From a virus: a DNA stretch of 54,194 nt. A model generated the notes under the pieces. It was not told the DNA's origin, did no database searches, and saw only the letters and a list, made by a program, of their open reading frames with translations. The position numbers and the translations under genes are program-made. The stretch covers positions 1 to 54,194 of the IMG/VR virus record IMGVR_UViG_3300045988_120344; one strand, 5' to 3'. Shown in pieces: positions 17,993 to 27,348 of this stretch (positions are counted from its first letter, which is position 1; the number at the start of each line of letters is the position of its first letter).

Positions 17993-18373
17993 TTACGCCT
18001 CTTTATCAGTAAGAGTTAAACCTATCTCCTGGTGAGTGGGATATACAACGGGAGCCCCGCTTGCTTCAAACTTTGTAGTTCGTCCCGCCTGTGTTACTTC
18101 AACTATGCTGCCAGGCTTAACGGTTATATCCGGAGATATAAACAACGTTATATTTTGGTCCATAGCTGCTACTGTGGCAGTATTTTTTGCTGCCAGTGAC
18201 GTTGAATACGACAGGTGACACGTGACACCCTCACATATAACACTTTTTACGGGTTTAGTACGGTGCGTAGCAGGGTCATAGACATTACTAAATTCAGTAA
18301 TAGTACAGGTTCCTTCATGGAGCTTTTCTAAGTATTTACGAGCTAATTTGCGTATACTATCTAACCTCACCAT
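17993..18373 (-). CDS. Head closure/head-tail adaptor protein
   Basis: 126 aa; position after the gp6-like connector. Confidence 0.5.
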   Translation of the reverse strand: MVRLDSIRKLARKYLEKLHEGTCTITEFSNVYDPATHRTKPVKSVICEGVTCHLSYSTSLAAKNTATVAAMDQNITLFISPDITVKPGSIVEVTQAGRTTKFEASGAPVVYPTHQEIGLTLTDKEA

Positions 18374-18717
18374 GCTATCCTCCGGTACTTGTTAAGCTGG
18401 TACTGGTAATTTTTTAAAAGCGACGATGTGTATGTACTGTCAAAGTTACTGCTATTAAAGCTGACTTTGGTGTCGCCTTCCTCAATAGATGAGACTCGGT
18501 TATCCATTTCGCTTTTACCTACCTGCTCATTGCGGTAAGTATCGATAGCCATTCTATAAGCTGTATTCTCAAGCCCTGCGGGTAATGTTTTTAGGTTGCA
18601 GTAGTTAAGGATTGTCTCTTTGACATTATCGAGCAAGAAGTTTAAAGCAAAGTCCTGCTCTTTGTCATCAAGTGCAATCCCTAACAGCGGTTTTAACTTT
18701 AAAACTTCCAGCTCCAT
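18367..18717 (-). CDS. Head-tail connector protein (gp6-like)
   Basis: 116 aa; N-terminus LKLKPLLGIALDDKEQDFALNFLLDNVKETILNYCN typical of Phage_connect_1. Confidence 0.65.
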   Translation of the reverse strand: MELEVLKLKPLLGIALDDKEQDFALNFLLDNVKETILNYCNLKTLPAGLENTAYRMAIDTYRNEQVGKSEMDNRVSSIEEGDTKVSFNSSNFDSTYTSSLLKNYQYQLNKYRRIAW

Positions 18718-18730
18718 AATTTACCCCCTG

Positions 18731-19759
18731 TCAGGCTGTCAATTTGACAGTACCAATAAATAAACCGTCCGGATTCGGGATAATTGGAATGAATACACCC
18801 GATGATTTAGTCCAAACCGCTACTGGATCCGGTTCCTGCCACATAACTGTTGTAATGTACTGTGATGCGGATTTAGACGTCCAAGGTCCCTGCGCTTTTT
18901 CCTCCGGAGTTGCACCCCATAAGCCGCGGCCAAACGAACCGTCTGCCATCGGGGATATAGCTACGAGCTTATCCTCATCAAAGTAGCGTTTAGTGCTCAG
19001 TACACCTTTTTTACCCTCGTAGCGATAGTACTCGTCATGAGTGGTAATAGTGACACCGAACATATCCTTAAATAGCTGTGCTAACAAAGTATTGCTGACA
19101 TACGTGCCTTTTCCAAGTGCCGAATAAATCGACGTTTGGATGCCCTCGTTTTTACGCAAAAGGCTGATAACTTTGGTTGACGTTACAAGCTGCGTGATAC
19201 GCTGGCCATTCAGACGCGCTTTATCCATCAGGTTCTGTACATCCCCTAAAATGTCGGCTTTAGGATCAGCCCAGTTAAAGTTGATTTTGTTGCCAGCTGG
19301 TACCTGGTAATCGACGTTAAATTTAGCGCCGTTCTCGTCTACCGTGATTTTACCGGTACAGAGTGCTTCCATTTTCATAACTTCGGTACGGGTTTTAACA
19401 GATTCGCTAAGACGTGCTACATCATCAAAAATATATTTGACAATGCTGTTCTGCTCGGCGCCGTTATCAAGCCAATACTGAACGCGCTCAGTTTGATTAA
19501 TTTTCTCTTTAATTAGCATTTTCTCGAGCTGTACTTTTTCCATCGTAGGACGCTGGCCAATATGTGCCTCAGAATCAAAACCATGTACCTGTGCCATAGT
19601 TGGTAGCATACGCTGGTCGGAAAGACGGTAAAACTCAGCCTTTAGGTTCTGTGTTTTCATATCTGGAAAAAGCGTGTCACCTAAGTAGCTTCTAGTGACA
19701 TTGAAGTTTTGTGAAAAATCTAGCAGGTCTTTCGTTTCAACAAGTTTCATAATATCCAT
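18731..19759 (-). CDS. Major capsid protein (protein E-like fold family)
   Basis: 342 aa; position after the scaffold/decoration genes; N-terminal pattern resembles Phage_cap_E. Confidence 0.8.
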   Translation of the reverse strand: MDIMKLVETKDLLDFSQNFNVTRSYLGDTLFPDMKTQNLKAEFYRLSDQRMLPTMAQVHGFDSEAHIGQRPTMEKVQLEKMLIKEKINQTERVQYWLDNGAEQNSIVKYIFDDVARLSESVKTRTEVMKMEALCTGKITVDENGAKFNVDYQVPAGNKINFNWADPKADILGDVQNLMDKARLNGQRITQLVTSTKVISLLRKNEGIQTSIYSALGKGTYVSNTLLAQLFKDMFGVTITTHDEYYRYEGKKGVLSTKRYFDEDKLVAISPMADGSFGRGLWGATPEEKAQGPWTSKSASQYITTVMWQEPDPVAVWTKSSGVFIPIIPNPDGLFIGTVKLTA

Positions 19760-19776
19760 AATCTACATTCCTTCCT

Positions 19777-20124
19777 TTATGCCCGTACTACTGCTACGGA
19801 TTCGGTAAATACAAACCCTTTAGCTTCTAATGCAGTTTTGGCAGCTGTATCAATCTCTACCGGCAAATTATCTGCTATAACGCGTCCCGCTACCATTAAA
19901 CTACCCTCATGGTCACCTGTAGTAACTTCTACATCTTCAAATAAAATGCCCGTAGCCTGCGCATCGTTAGATGGGAAAACCGTACCTGCTGGTACCAGTT
20001 TATTTCCCCACTCATCTGCCGTACCCATAGTGTCCGGTACTGTACAAGTTTTAAGAACCAGTCCTACCGACGAATCAAGAAAATTAATCTTTTTGTCAGT
20101 CTCGTATTTTGCAATTCTCGACAT
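19777..20124 (-). CDS. Head decoration-like structural protein
   Basis: 115 aa; between the scaffold and the major capsid gene. Confidence 0.45.
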   Translation of the reverse strand: MSRIAKYETDKKINFLDSSVGLVLKTCTVPDTMGTADEWGNKLVPAGTVFPSNDAQATGILFEDVEVTTGDHEGSLMVAGRVIADNLPVEIDTAAKTALEAKGFVFTESVAVVRA

Positions 20125-20170
20125 AATTTCATCCTCCTGTCAATTTATATATTAGCAAGGTTTTTAGCCT

Positions 20171-20779
20171 TTACTTACTGTCACCTGCCGATGTATTAAC
20201 CGCATTATATTCCTGCGCAAACCTCATGCCTAAAGACATGCCATCAGTGTCATTATCGTCACCGTTAGATCCTGCGCCCTGTCTAACTCCAGCTTTAGGT
20301 TTGCCCCCCGGCAGGTCAAACAGGAATTTAGAATCATCTGCCTCCTGTAATCGTTTAAGTTGCTTGTCTAAGCCCTTGAGTTCTCCTTTTTCTTCATCAA
20401 AATCAAGCTCATCTATATCAAGCAAGGCTTTTACTGCTTTAGCATTTTTGGCCTTAGCACCTGCTATAGCATTATCTATCACCTGATTAATCCGGATAGC
20501 ATTCAGTTTATTCTGGTAATCGGTTTTCGCCTTTTTATTTGCTTCCTGCAATTCTTTTATAGTGTCATTTAGCTTGTTAGTGTCACTTATATTCTTTTGT
20601 AGGGTTTTAATCTGCTTATCGTATTCTTTGGCCTGTAGCTCTAACGTAGCTTTAGCCTGCTCAGCCAGGTCTAATTTATCCTTTGATACAAAACCTGCTA
20701 ACTCTTTTTTACTGGCTGCTGCACAAGTTTCAGCCTGTTCTTCGGTCAATCCTAATTCGATAAAATCCTCTTTAGTCAT
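20171..20779 (-). CDS. Capsid scaffolding protein (GP20-like)
   Basis: 202 aa; highly charged coiled coil; N-terminus MTKEDFIELGLTEEQAE typical of Phage_GP20. Confidence 0.7.
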   Translation of the reverse strand: MTKEDFIELGLTEEQAETCAAASKKELAGFVSKDKLDLAEQAKATLELQAKEYDKQIKTLQKNISDTNKLNDTIKELQEANKKAKTDYQNKLNAIRINQVIDNAIAGAKAKNAKAVKALLDIDELDFDEEKGELKGLDKQLKRLQEADDSKFLFDLPGGKPKAGVRQGAGSNGDDNDTDGMSLGMRFAQEYNAVNTSAGDSK

Positions 20780-20820
20780 TTAATATTTCCCCTTTTAAAT
20801 AATTTAAGTATAAAAATAGC

Positions 20821-20852
20821 ACCTACCTAATCGGTACGTGCTTAATAAAAAC
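20821..20852 (-). terminator. Rho-independent terminator downstream of the YjcQ-like gene
   Basis: Minus strand AGCACGTACC-GATTA-GGTAGGTGCT followed by ATTTTTAT. Confidence 0.6.
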
Positions 20853-20862
20853 ATATTAACTT

Positions 20863-21174
20863 TTATTTTAGAAAACTTGCTGCCTCTTTTAACGCTTTAT
20901 AGGCACGCTTCATATTTGAATTATTTTCTAAATAATCAAGTCCTTTTATAGTTATGTTTGCATTATCGATGTTCACTTCATGTACAAAAGGTGTTTTAAG
21001 CTCTTTAACCCCTTTTATATAACCTTCATCCTGCAACATCAGTAGAAGCATTACTCTACGTTTATCACTGATATTCAGGTATCTAGCTGATACTTTTTCT
21101 TTGTCTAGTGGTCCATCTAATGCAGCTTCAAAAGTAGCAAGTATAGCATAAATCACTTTGAAATATTCCATCAT
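20863..21174 (-). CDS. YjcQ-like winged-helix protein
   Basis: 103 aa; MMEYFKVIYAILATFEAAL...ISDKRRVMLLLMLQDEGYIKGV resembles the YjcQ family. Confidence 0.55.
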   Translation of the reverse strand: MMEYFKVIYAILATFEAALDGPLDKEKVSARYLNISDKRRVMLLLMLQDEGYIKGVKELKTPFVHEVNIDNANITIKGLDYLENNSNMKRAYKALKEAASFLK

Positions 21175-21185
21175 CCAGTCCCCTA

Positions 21186-21581
21186 TTATAATTCTAGCAG
21201 CCGTTTTATTTTTTCAGGTGATTCGTTAATTCCAAATGTCCAGGTACCGCCTAGCTCTATGTCAACAGGTTGCAGATCATAAAAATTCAACCGTTCAAAT
21301 ACACCATCTTTGCGCTGTACTTCTGTTGACAGTACAAACCCGCTGACAGCACATAAATACTTATCATCAATGCGCCGTGTGAAATCCATATCATCACATA
21401 ATATCAGCGCTGCCTGATACTGCTTAACTCTACATGAACACCCTAAAATTGGAACAGGTGACGACATTTCATATATCTCTATTCTAGGTGTGCAATCAGC
21501 TAGCTTTATTCGTCTTGAATCTATTGTGCTATACAATTCCCCGTTTTCACATGGAAGGGTTAATAGTAGATGCTTTTCCAT
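21186..21581 (-). CDS. Hypothetical protein (candidate immunity protein)
   Basis: 131-aa ORF in a small insert between the MuF and scaffold genes. Confidence 0.55.
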   Translation of the reverse strand: MEKHLLLTLPCENGELYSTIDSRRIKLADCTPRIEIYEMSSPVPILGCSCRVKQYQAALILCDDMDFTRRIDDKYLCAVSGFVLSTEVQRKDGVFERLNFYDLQPVDIELGGTWTFGINESPEKIKRLLEL

Positions 21582-21590
21582 AGTTTCACC

Positions 21591-21836
21591 TTAAAACCAA
21601 GCTGTCATCCATTCTTTTGGAAAATTTTTCTCTTTAAAAAATTTGCGCATAGTAGAAAATGCATGACTCCTATACATGCTATTTTCACCACCATATTCAC
21701 CCTTTACAGGAGTATTTTCTTTTATTAGCCCCGTATTTGTATTAACTGAAATTATCCCGTAATCGTTTTTATTTTCAGGGTAATACTTATATACTGCTAC
21801 ATCATTCTTTATATGTTCTAAACGTACTACTAGCAA
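21591..21836 (-). CDS. Hypothetical protein (candidate immunity protein; TTG start overlapping the MuF 3' end)
   Basis: 81-aa ORF; overlaps the 3' end of the MuF gene by 35 nt. Confidence 0.5.
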   Translation of the reverse strand: MLVVRLEHIKNDVAVYKYYPENKNDYGIISVNTNTGLIKENTPVKGEYGGENSMYRSHAFSTMRKFFKEKNFPKEWMTAWF

Positions 21837-23331
21837 TTTTAGTCCTCCCTAACAAAGCTCTCGGATAGTCAAAATGTTTAATTGCATAATTATGGGCTTG
21901 TTCATAAGTTAGTTTATAGCGTTTCTCTACGGCCCGTTCTAAATACTCATGACGCAATAGTACAATGTCAATGGGTTTATAATTTCCCTCTTTTAAACGT
22001 TGAAACGATAAAGCCATATCAAAATCAGGGTCAAATCTACCTTCACCATTTATTAATAAATGCTTATTAATAAACACGTGGTCATATACACCAGCTATCA
22101 ACTTTTTTCTTAATCCTGTATTAGCTGCTATTTTATCAACAAATACGTCTTTACCGTTATTTATTATCCTAGTGTATTCACGTTCTGCATGGGCGTCTCT
22201 TTTTGACCTATCAGGGTCATTTGTATTATTTAGAGCCCCACTTTGTTTATTATTAATTATAACATCGTTATCCGCTTTTTGTCTATCGCCAACAAACCTT
22301 TGTTCCCATTCTTTATACGTTATGTCACCTGGCACTTGATACGTTTTACCGTCTTTGCCTCGGGCTGCCCGTTCAGCGTCCTCAGCATCAGCGAAATAAG
22401 GTGCTGTACAGGACCGACAGTGACAGTGTAACGGTGGTGCCGTTATGCCAGGTTTCATATCGCTGACTTTGAACACCCTACCGTCCATGTGACGGCAAAT
22501 ATCGCTGGTACGGCTATCAAGGGTTGCTATAAACTCGTACTTCTCTACGTCTAGTTCCTTAAAACAATCCTGCTGCGCTTTAGTAGCGAAAAATGCACTC
22601 TCGGTCATTACTAAGCGACCAGCAGCACCTTTAGAAACATTCATGCGTCTAGCTATGTTGTTTGTAGCACGCCTGTAATCGTCTCCTCTGATAACAGCTT
22701 GCGTCATTTCCTGATTAAGTATGGCAACAAGTTTATTTTTATGCTCCCATACCCTGTCACTGAAATTTTTGCCGTCAGCTGCCCACGGTTTAGCTATAAG
22801 CATATCAAGCTTATTTGTATCAACCTGATTAAATGAATGACCTATACCGAATCCCTGTTGAATAGTAAATGCCGTTTCATAGTAACTATCAGTATATCGG
22901 CTACGCATGGCCGCGTCTAACGTGTCCAGCTGATTATTAAACAAAACCTCTAAATGCTGTTGTATCTGTAATAAAATAGCCTCTAGACGTGACACATGAA
23001 CACGAATAGAGGCGTTATTTAATTTTCGTTGCCAGCTTTCAGATAGATCTTGTTTCTTGGCTTTCGCTATATACTGGTCAATAGTCAGACTAAATTCAGC
23101 TAATTCCTTGCCTTGTAACATTTTTTTAGCTTCAGTAAAGGTGACATTGTTTTCCTGCATAAACTTTTGAAACCATGCAGCAAGAACGGTATCTATTTCA
23201 TTCATAGCCTGTAAATACTGTTTTTCAATATCACCATAGGTTACTAGCCCCTGTCGGTGTACTGCTGCTTCTAAGGCTTCAAACCGTTTTTCCCAATACT
23301 CATGATTCGGTATCTGCATTACTATTCTCAC
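21802..23331 (-). CDS. Head morphogenesis protein (SPP1 gp7/Mu F family) with a ~190-aa C-terminal extension
   Basis: 509 aa; MuF core ends at ...LDSRTSDICRHMDGRVFKV...APPLHCHCRSCTAPY; the extra C-terminal domain contains DHVFINKH and LLRHEYLE. Confidence 0.8.
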   Translation of the reverse strand: MRIVMQIPNHEYWEKRFEALEAAVHRQGLVTYGDIEKQYLQAMNEIDTVLAAWFQKFMQENNVTFTEAKKMLQGKELAEFSLTIDQYIAKAKKQDLSESWQRKLNNASIRVHVSRLEAILLQIQQHLEVLFNNQLDTLDAAMRSRYTDSYYETAFTIQQGFGIGHSFNQVDTNKLDMLIAKPWAADGKNFSDRVWEHKNKLVAILNQEMTQAVIRGDDYRRATNNIARRMNVSKGAAGRLVMTESAFFATKAQQDCFKELDVEKYEFIATLDSRTSDICRHMDGRVFKVSDMKPGITAPPLHCHCRSCTAPYFADAEDAERAARGKDGKTYQVPGDITYKEWEQRFVGDRQKADNDVIINNKQSGALNNTNDPDRSKRDAHAEREYTRIINNGKDVFVDKIAANTGLRKKLIAGVYDHVFINKHLLINGEGRFDPDFDMALSFQRLKEGNYKPIDIVLLRHEYLERAVEKRYKLTYEQAHNYAIKHFDYPRALLGRTKIASSTFRTYKE

Positions 23332-24772
23332 CTGCCATCTGGTACGCTAACATCTGCCGCATTTGCTCTTGTTGCTCCTGTTTTAGCCGTTCCTGCTCTG
23401 CTTGTATGTCAGTTACAAATGGATGATGTGCAAGTAATGTCTCCTGTGACACAAGCCCCTGACTTTGCTGTATCTCACTAATAATTTCAGCATCATTTAC
23501 TATCATGTTACGGTTAAATGTCACCGTTACTTCTTCATTGATAAAATCACCAGCTCCCGCCATTTGCAGGTAAATGTCAACAAAGTAAAACAGCTGGTCA
23601 AATGCCGCCTGGTACTGCTGTTCAATCATATCTGTATCAAGGTCTATGTCTGAATACATTGACCGCAAGTTCATTTCATTCGGATTATTACCTACCCTAT
23701 CGTCTTTAGCGTCAAAGCCACGGCCGTTTTCGATTAATGCCTTTTTAGTATTTTTTAAATACTCCGTATAACTAGCAACATCCCTGTCAAGCCTTAGTAC
23801 CTCGACGCCGCCATCATCACGAACTTTTACTGCGCCATACTGCATAAGCTGGCGTTTAAATTCGCTTAAATTTTCGCCACCGTAATTCCTAAGCACCAGT
23901 ATGTTATCCATGACACTTTCGCTCATGCTATGGTTCCAATTGTTACGCATTTTATTCAGATTATCTTGTAACCCTTTTATACGGCGTATAAGTGGTATCT
24001 CATCGGTATTATATTTAAAAGCCACTAATGGCACTTTGCCCCAGGTGAAAGCATTTCCTTGCTTGTCGACACCATAAGTATTGTCTAATTCTTCGGTATT
24101 AGGTGTCAGTGTACCATTATTGAGTATAAAACGGTCTACTTTATCCGGATAATACACGTCCGCATGTTGGATGTAGGTTTTGGTTCTGCCAACGTATTGT
24201 ATGGTTAAATAAAACCTCACTGCCATATCTAGCTCGGTATGCTCGTCATTTTTCCAAAAAGGCATTATTTCATGGGCAGGGAACATCCTAAATTGCAGCT
24301 CCCCATTTTCGTTGAAATACGGCATCAGCCATGCTAACCCTTCATTCAAGGCCCCCGTTGTCACCCGCTGTATAGTCCGCAAAAATGCTTTATCGAAAAC
24401 CTGTTGCAGATATGCGCTGTAATTGTCATTATTAGTCTGTATAGTCAGTGGTTTACCAACCATGTAATTAACCTTTTGGTCAACTAGGTTAGCATACTGA
24501 TTATCAAGCGTCCTAGGCGATTCGTCTGTCACATAAGTAGGGCAGCCATCTGCGTCACGCCCCCATAGTTTTTGCTTTATGTCTGGTCCTACCGTATACC
24601 GATAATAACCCAACCCATCTAACATTTCTTTGCGACGCTTGCAGTCTTTCCAGTCTGCCAGCTCTAACGCGATGAAGTCAATGTCACTTAAATTTTTACT
24701 CGCTTCTTCCCTGATAAGAGCCTCCGCGTCATCTGGTTCTAATCCAAATTGCGCTAATATACCGTCAAACAT
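23300..24772 (-). CDS. Portal protein (SPP1 gp6-like)
   Basis: 490 aa; directly downstream of the large terminase. Confidence 0.85.
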   Translation of the reverse strand: MFDGILAQFGLEPDDAEALIREEASKNLSDIDFIALELADWKDCKRRKEMLDGLGYYRYTVGPDIKQKLWGRDADGCPTYVTDESPRTLDNQYANLVDQKVNYMVGKPLTIQTNNDNYSAYLQQVFDKAFLRTIQRVTTGALNEGLAWLMPYFNENGELQFRMFPAHEIMPFWKNDEHTELDMAVRFYLTIQYVGRTKTYIQHADVYYPDKVDRFILNNGTLTPNTEELDNTYGVDKQGNAFTWGKVPLVAFKYNTDEIPLIRRIKGLQDNLNKMRNNWNHSMSESVMDNILVLRNYGGENLSEFKRQLMQYGAVKVRDDGGVEVLRLDRDVASYTEYLKNTKKALIENGRGFDAKDDRVGNNPNEMNLRSMYSDIDLDTDMIEQQYQAAFDQLFYFVDIYLQMAGAGDFINEEVTVTFNRNMIVNDAEIISEIQQSQGLVSQETLLAHHPFVTDIQAEQERLKQEQQEQMRQMLAYQMAGENSNADTES

Positions 24773-24782
24773 TCACTCCACC

Positions 24783-26036
24783 TCACTTAAAGCTAAACAC
24801 ATCGTCTAGCATGTTGTATTCATTACCATAGCGAACTGCATCTATGTGGTGATTGTTTTTATCAGGAAAACGGCTTATAAAATTACCTTCTTTATCCTGC
24901 TGGTACTCGTACCCCACAAACTCACGAAAAGTGTTAGGACAACGCTCTTTATCGATAATTATTTTTCGCCGGTCCTGTAGCCACTTTATACCGTGGTCAA
25001 CACTGTCAGGACCCTTACGGCAGCCCTTTATATTTACACCCCGTTTTTCAAACTCACGAATAGTACGCGGTTCTGCACTATCCGCGATAACTAACCTGCG
25101 TTTAGCTAGTTCTTTAACTGCTTTAGCTGCGGGGCCAGTTTCAAAACCTACTTTGTCTAGCTCGCCAAAGATATATAATATCTCATGTTTCCGGTCATAG
25201 TGCATACAATTAAATGCTAGCGGGTCTACGGCAAAACCGAAATCCAAGCCATAGCATAAGTGGTCAAACTGCTCTATCATTTTGTCACTTATACGCATGT
25301 CTTCGACATTACTGAATACGTCACCGCCGGTGCCCGTCACTTCGCCCAGGTATTCATGACGATAGGACATCTCATTTTTTCTTCTTAATATTTCAGCATC
25401 AATAAAAAACCGCTCGCCCAGCCATGATTTAGGTACACCCAAATAGGTTGAGTGATGCACTATACGCCCCGGCACATCGTTTAATTTTTCTGCGTTCACC
25501 CAATTGTTTTGACTTTTGGGCGGATTGAATGAACAGAATTCCCAGTAAATAGGGCCGCCACGCAATAGTGATTGATTTAAGCTACGGATTTCTTCCATTC
25601 CCCCGAACTGATCTAATTCTTCACACCAGCAAATACCAATATAGCCAAATGGCAGTTTGATAGATTTGATTTTCTGCGGGTCATCCACACCCATAAAAAG
25701 GATTTTCTGCCCCGTCTTCTTGTATGTGATTTCATGCGGCGAAGTCTTGAACTTGAATTTGCTGGTCAGCCCCAGCCGGTCGATAGCCCATTGCATCTGC
25801 GTGTATACGCTGTTTTTGATAGTGTTCCCGACTTTGCGTAATACTACCGCATGACAGTCCGGATTTTTCAGCAGCAACAAAATAATCTCAATACTGATAT
25901 GGGATGATTTTGTAGAGCCGCGTCCGCCTTCCTCCCAATAGTACGTATGCCCGTGTTTTTTTATGTCGCGGTGAATATCATAGAAGTGAGGGGCTATAAT
26001 GTCACTAAGTTTTATTTCAGTTTTTATCCGGCTCAC
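24783..26036 (-). CDS. terL: Terminase large subunit (PBSX/Terminase_3 type)
   Basis: 417 aa; Walker A-like EEGGRGSTKSS; family-typical N-terminus and C-terminal nuclease region. Confidence 0.9.
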   Translation of the reverse strand: MSRIKTEIKLSDIIAPHFYDIHRDIKKHGHTYYWEEGGRGSTKSSHISIEIILLLLKNPDCHAVVLRKVGNTIKNSVYTQMQWAIDRLGLTSKFKFKTSPHEITYKKTGQKILFMGVDDPQKIKSIKLPFGYIGICWCEELDQFGGMEEIRSLNQSLLRGGPIYWEFCSFNPPKSQNNWVNAEKLNDVPGRIVHHSTYLGVPKSWLGERFFIDAEILRRKNEMSYRHEYLGEVTGTGGDVFSNVEDMRISDKMIEQFDHLCYGLDFGFAVDPLAFNCMHYDRKHEILYIFGELDKVGFETGPAAKAVKELAKRRLVIADSAEPRTIREFEKRGVNIKGCRKGPDSVDHGIKWLQDRRKIIIDKERCPNTFREFVGYEYQQDKEGNFISRFPDKNNHHIDAVRYGNEYNMLDDVFSFK

Positions 26037-26544
26037 TCCCTCCTATATCGTCAATGATTTTTACATCATCGCCCTCTGTGCCTTTGCCCTGCTCCATTGC
26101 CAGCAATTCAGTTTCGAGGCGTTTTATTCTCGCTTTTTGCTCGGCTTTGTCAAGTTTGCCTGGGAACCGCTTCAAGAGATTTTCGGCGGCTTTTATACGG
26201 TCTCTGGAAGATATCCGCGTTTCAATTATGCGGGCATTGCTTATCCCTTCGCCTTCACCTTCTACAACAACATTCTCATCTGTGAGTTCGCCGCGTAGTG
26301 CCGATGTGAGAAACTCCATAACCTCGGTTATATCAGCCGTGCGTTTGGAGCGAATTTCAACCTGCCTTGCTTCAATAGCGGCTTTAATGTATGGTTTTGT
26401 GAGGTTCTCGGCTCCTACAGCTCTAGCTGTTTTTTCGCTATAGCCTGCCCTTTTGGCCGCCTCGCTCGCATTGCCTGTTTCAATGTAGGCATCTATAAAG
26501 GCTTCCTGTTTTGGTGTTAATCCGTTTCTTTTCACATCGTGCAC
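26017..26544 (-). CDS. terS: Terminase small subunit (Terminase_2 type)
   Basis: 175 aa; LTPKQEAFIDAYIETGNASEAAKRAGYSEKTARAVGAENLTKPYI is the canonical HTH of this family. Confidence 0.85.
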   Translation of the reverse strand: MHDVKRNGLTPKQEAFIDAYIETGNASEAAKRAGYSEKTARAVGAENLTKPYIKAAIEARQVEIRSKRTADITEVMEFLTSALRGELTDENVVVEGEGEGISNARIIETRISSRDRIKAAENLLKRFPGKLDKAEQKARIKRLETELLAMEQGKGTEGDDVKIIDDIGGSEPDKN

Positions 26545-26648
26545 CGCCCTCCTTTATTTTCTGCTGTTGTGTATATTTTTAGATGAATATATCCTCCGGG
26601 ATATAGTGCCCTATTTCTAGGGCTTTGCTTTGTATAAACCATCCTAAA

Positions 26649-26712
26649 TTTTAGCGTAGCACAAAAGCCGTACTACTAGTTAAAGTAATACGGCTTTTGT
26701 GCTACGCTAAAA
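26649..26712. repeat. Perfect 24-bp inverted repeat (16-nt loop) in the late-operon leader
   Basis: TTTTAGCGTAGCACAAAAGCCGTA (26649-26672) and its exact reverse complement (26689-26712). Confidence 0.9.
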
Positions 26713-26787
26713 GAACTAAACTAAGGAAACAATTATTAGGAAGTAATCCCAAAGAGTATGTTCAACCCTCAACCTCGGGACATTATC

Positions 26788-26796
26788 ATTATATCA
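26788..26796 (-). promoter_or_regulatory. Candidate late promoter, extended -10 (TGATATAAT) with no good -35
   Basis: Minus strand GGGTGATATAATG, 55-65 nt downstream of the sigma-like regulator gene and about 240 nt upstream of terS. Confidence 0.4.
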
Positions 26797-26853
26797 CCCG
26801 ATTTAGGGAAAATCCTGCCAATAAACTGACAAAAAACGACAAAAAAACGACAT

Positions 26854-27348
26854 TTAGTGTGTAGTACATATGAAAAACACATCCTGCTCCGCATAATCGT
26901 GAAAAAGCATTATAGCCAGGCTTCTAGTTGCCTCATTAGCTTTACGCTGGCAGGACCTTTCGCTCAGTCCTAGTTCTTCCCCGATCTCAGCATAGGTATA
27001 GTGCTCTATATAATGTTTTTTCAGTATTTTTTGCTCATCATCCGGCAGCCTGCCTAGCGAGCTTTCCATTTTTTCTAGATGAGTCTGCAAGCGCCTACGG
27101 TTTACCTGTAACGCTTTTACCTCCTGTTCTTGTAATGCTCGTACATGTGCTTGCTGTTCTGTACCGTTAAGCTCTGATACCCCTGAACTCGTACTAGGGC
27201 GGTAATCAACAGCACGTACTGAAACATCCGCTAACTCACGGCTAAGGTCTTGCATATCTAGCTCAATATTCCTGACTGCCTGCTGCCGGTAAGAGTAATT
27301 TTTTAAATAGTCCTTGGTTAACTTAATACAATCATTACTACGAAACAT
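26854..27348 (-). CDS. Sigma-70 region-4-like late transcription regulator
   Basis: 164 aa; C-terminal LPDDEQKILKKHYIEHYTYAEIGEELGLSERSCQRKANEATRSLA is a sigma region-4 HTH; last gene before the packaging module. Confidence 0.65.
   Translation of the reverse strand: MFRSNDCIKLTKDYLKNYSYRQQAVRNIELDMQDLSRELADVSVRAVDYRPSTSSGVSELNGTEQQAHVRALQEQEVKALQVNRRRLQTHLEKMESSLGRLPDDEQKILKKHYIEHYTYAEIGEELGLSERSCQRKANEATRSLAIMLFHDYAEQDVFFICTTH

Noticed and set aside
126-20783. Many 60-130-aa plus-strand ORFs inside the structural genes (for example 126-368, 1353-1711, 4615-4909, 6866-7144, 12008-13162, 15582-16187, 17360-18218, 19838-20486)
   Set aside because: All lie antisense to long, tightly coupled minus-strand genes with recognisable phage functions. 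They lack RBSs and have Ser/Leu/Cys-rich shadow composition.
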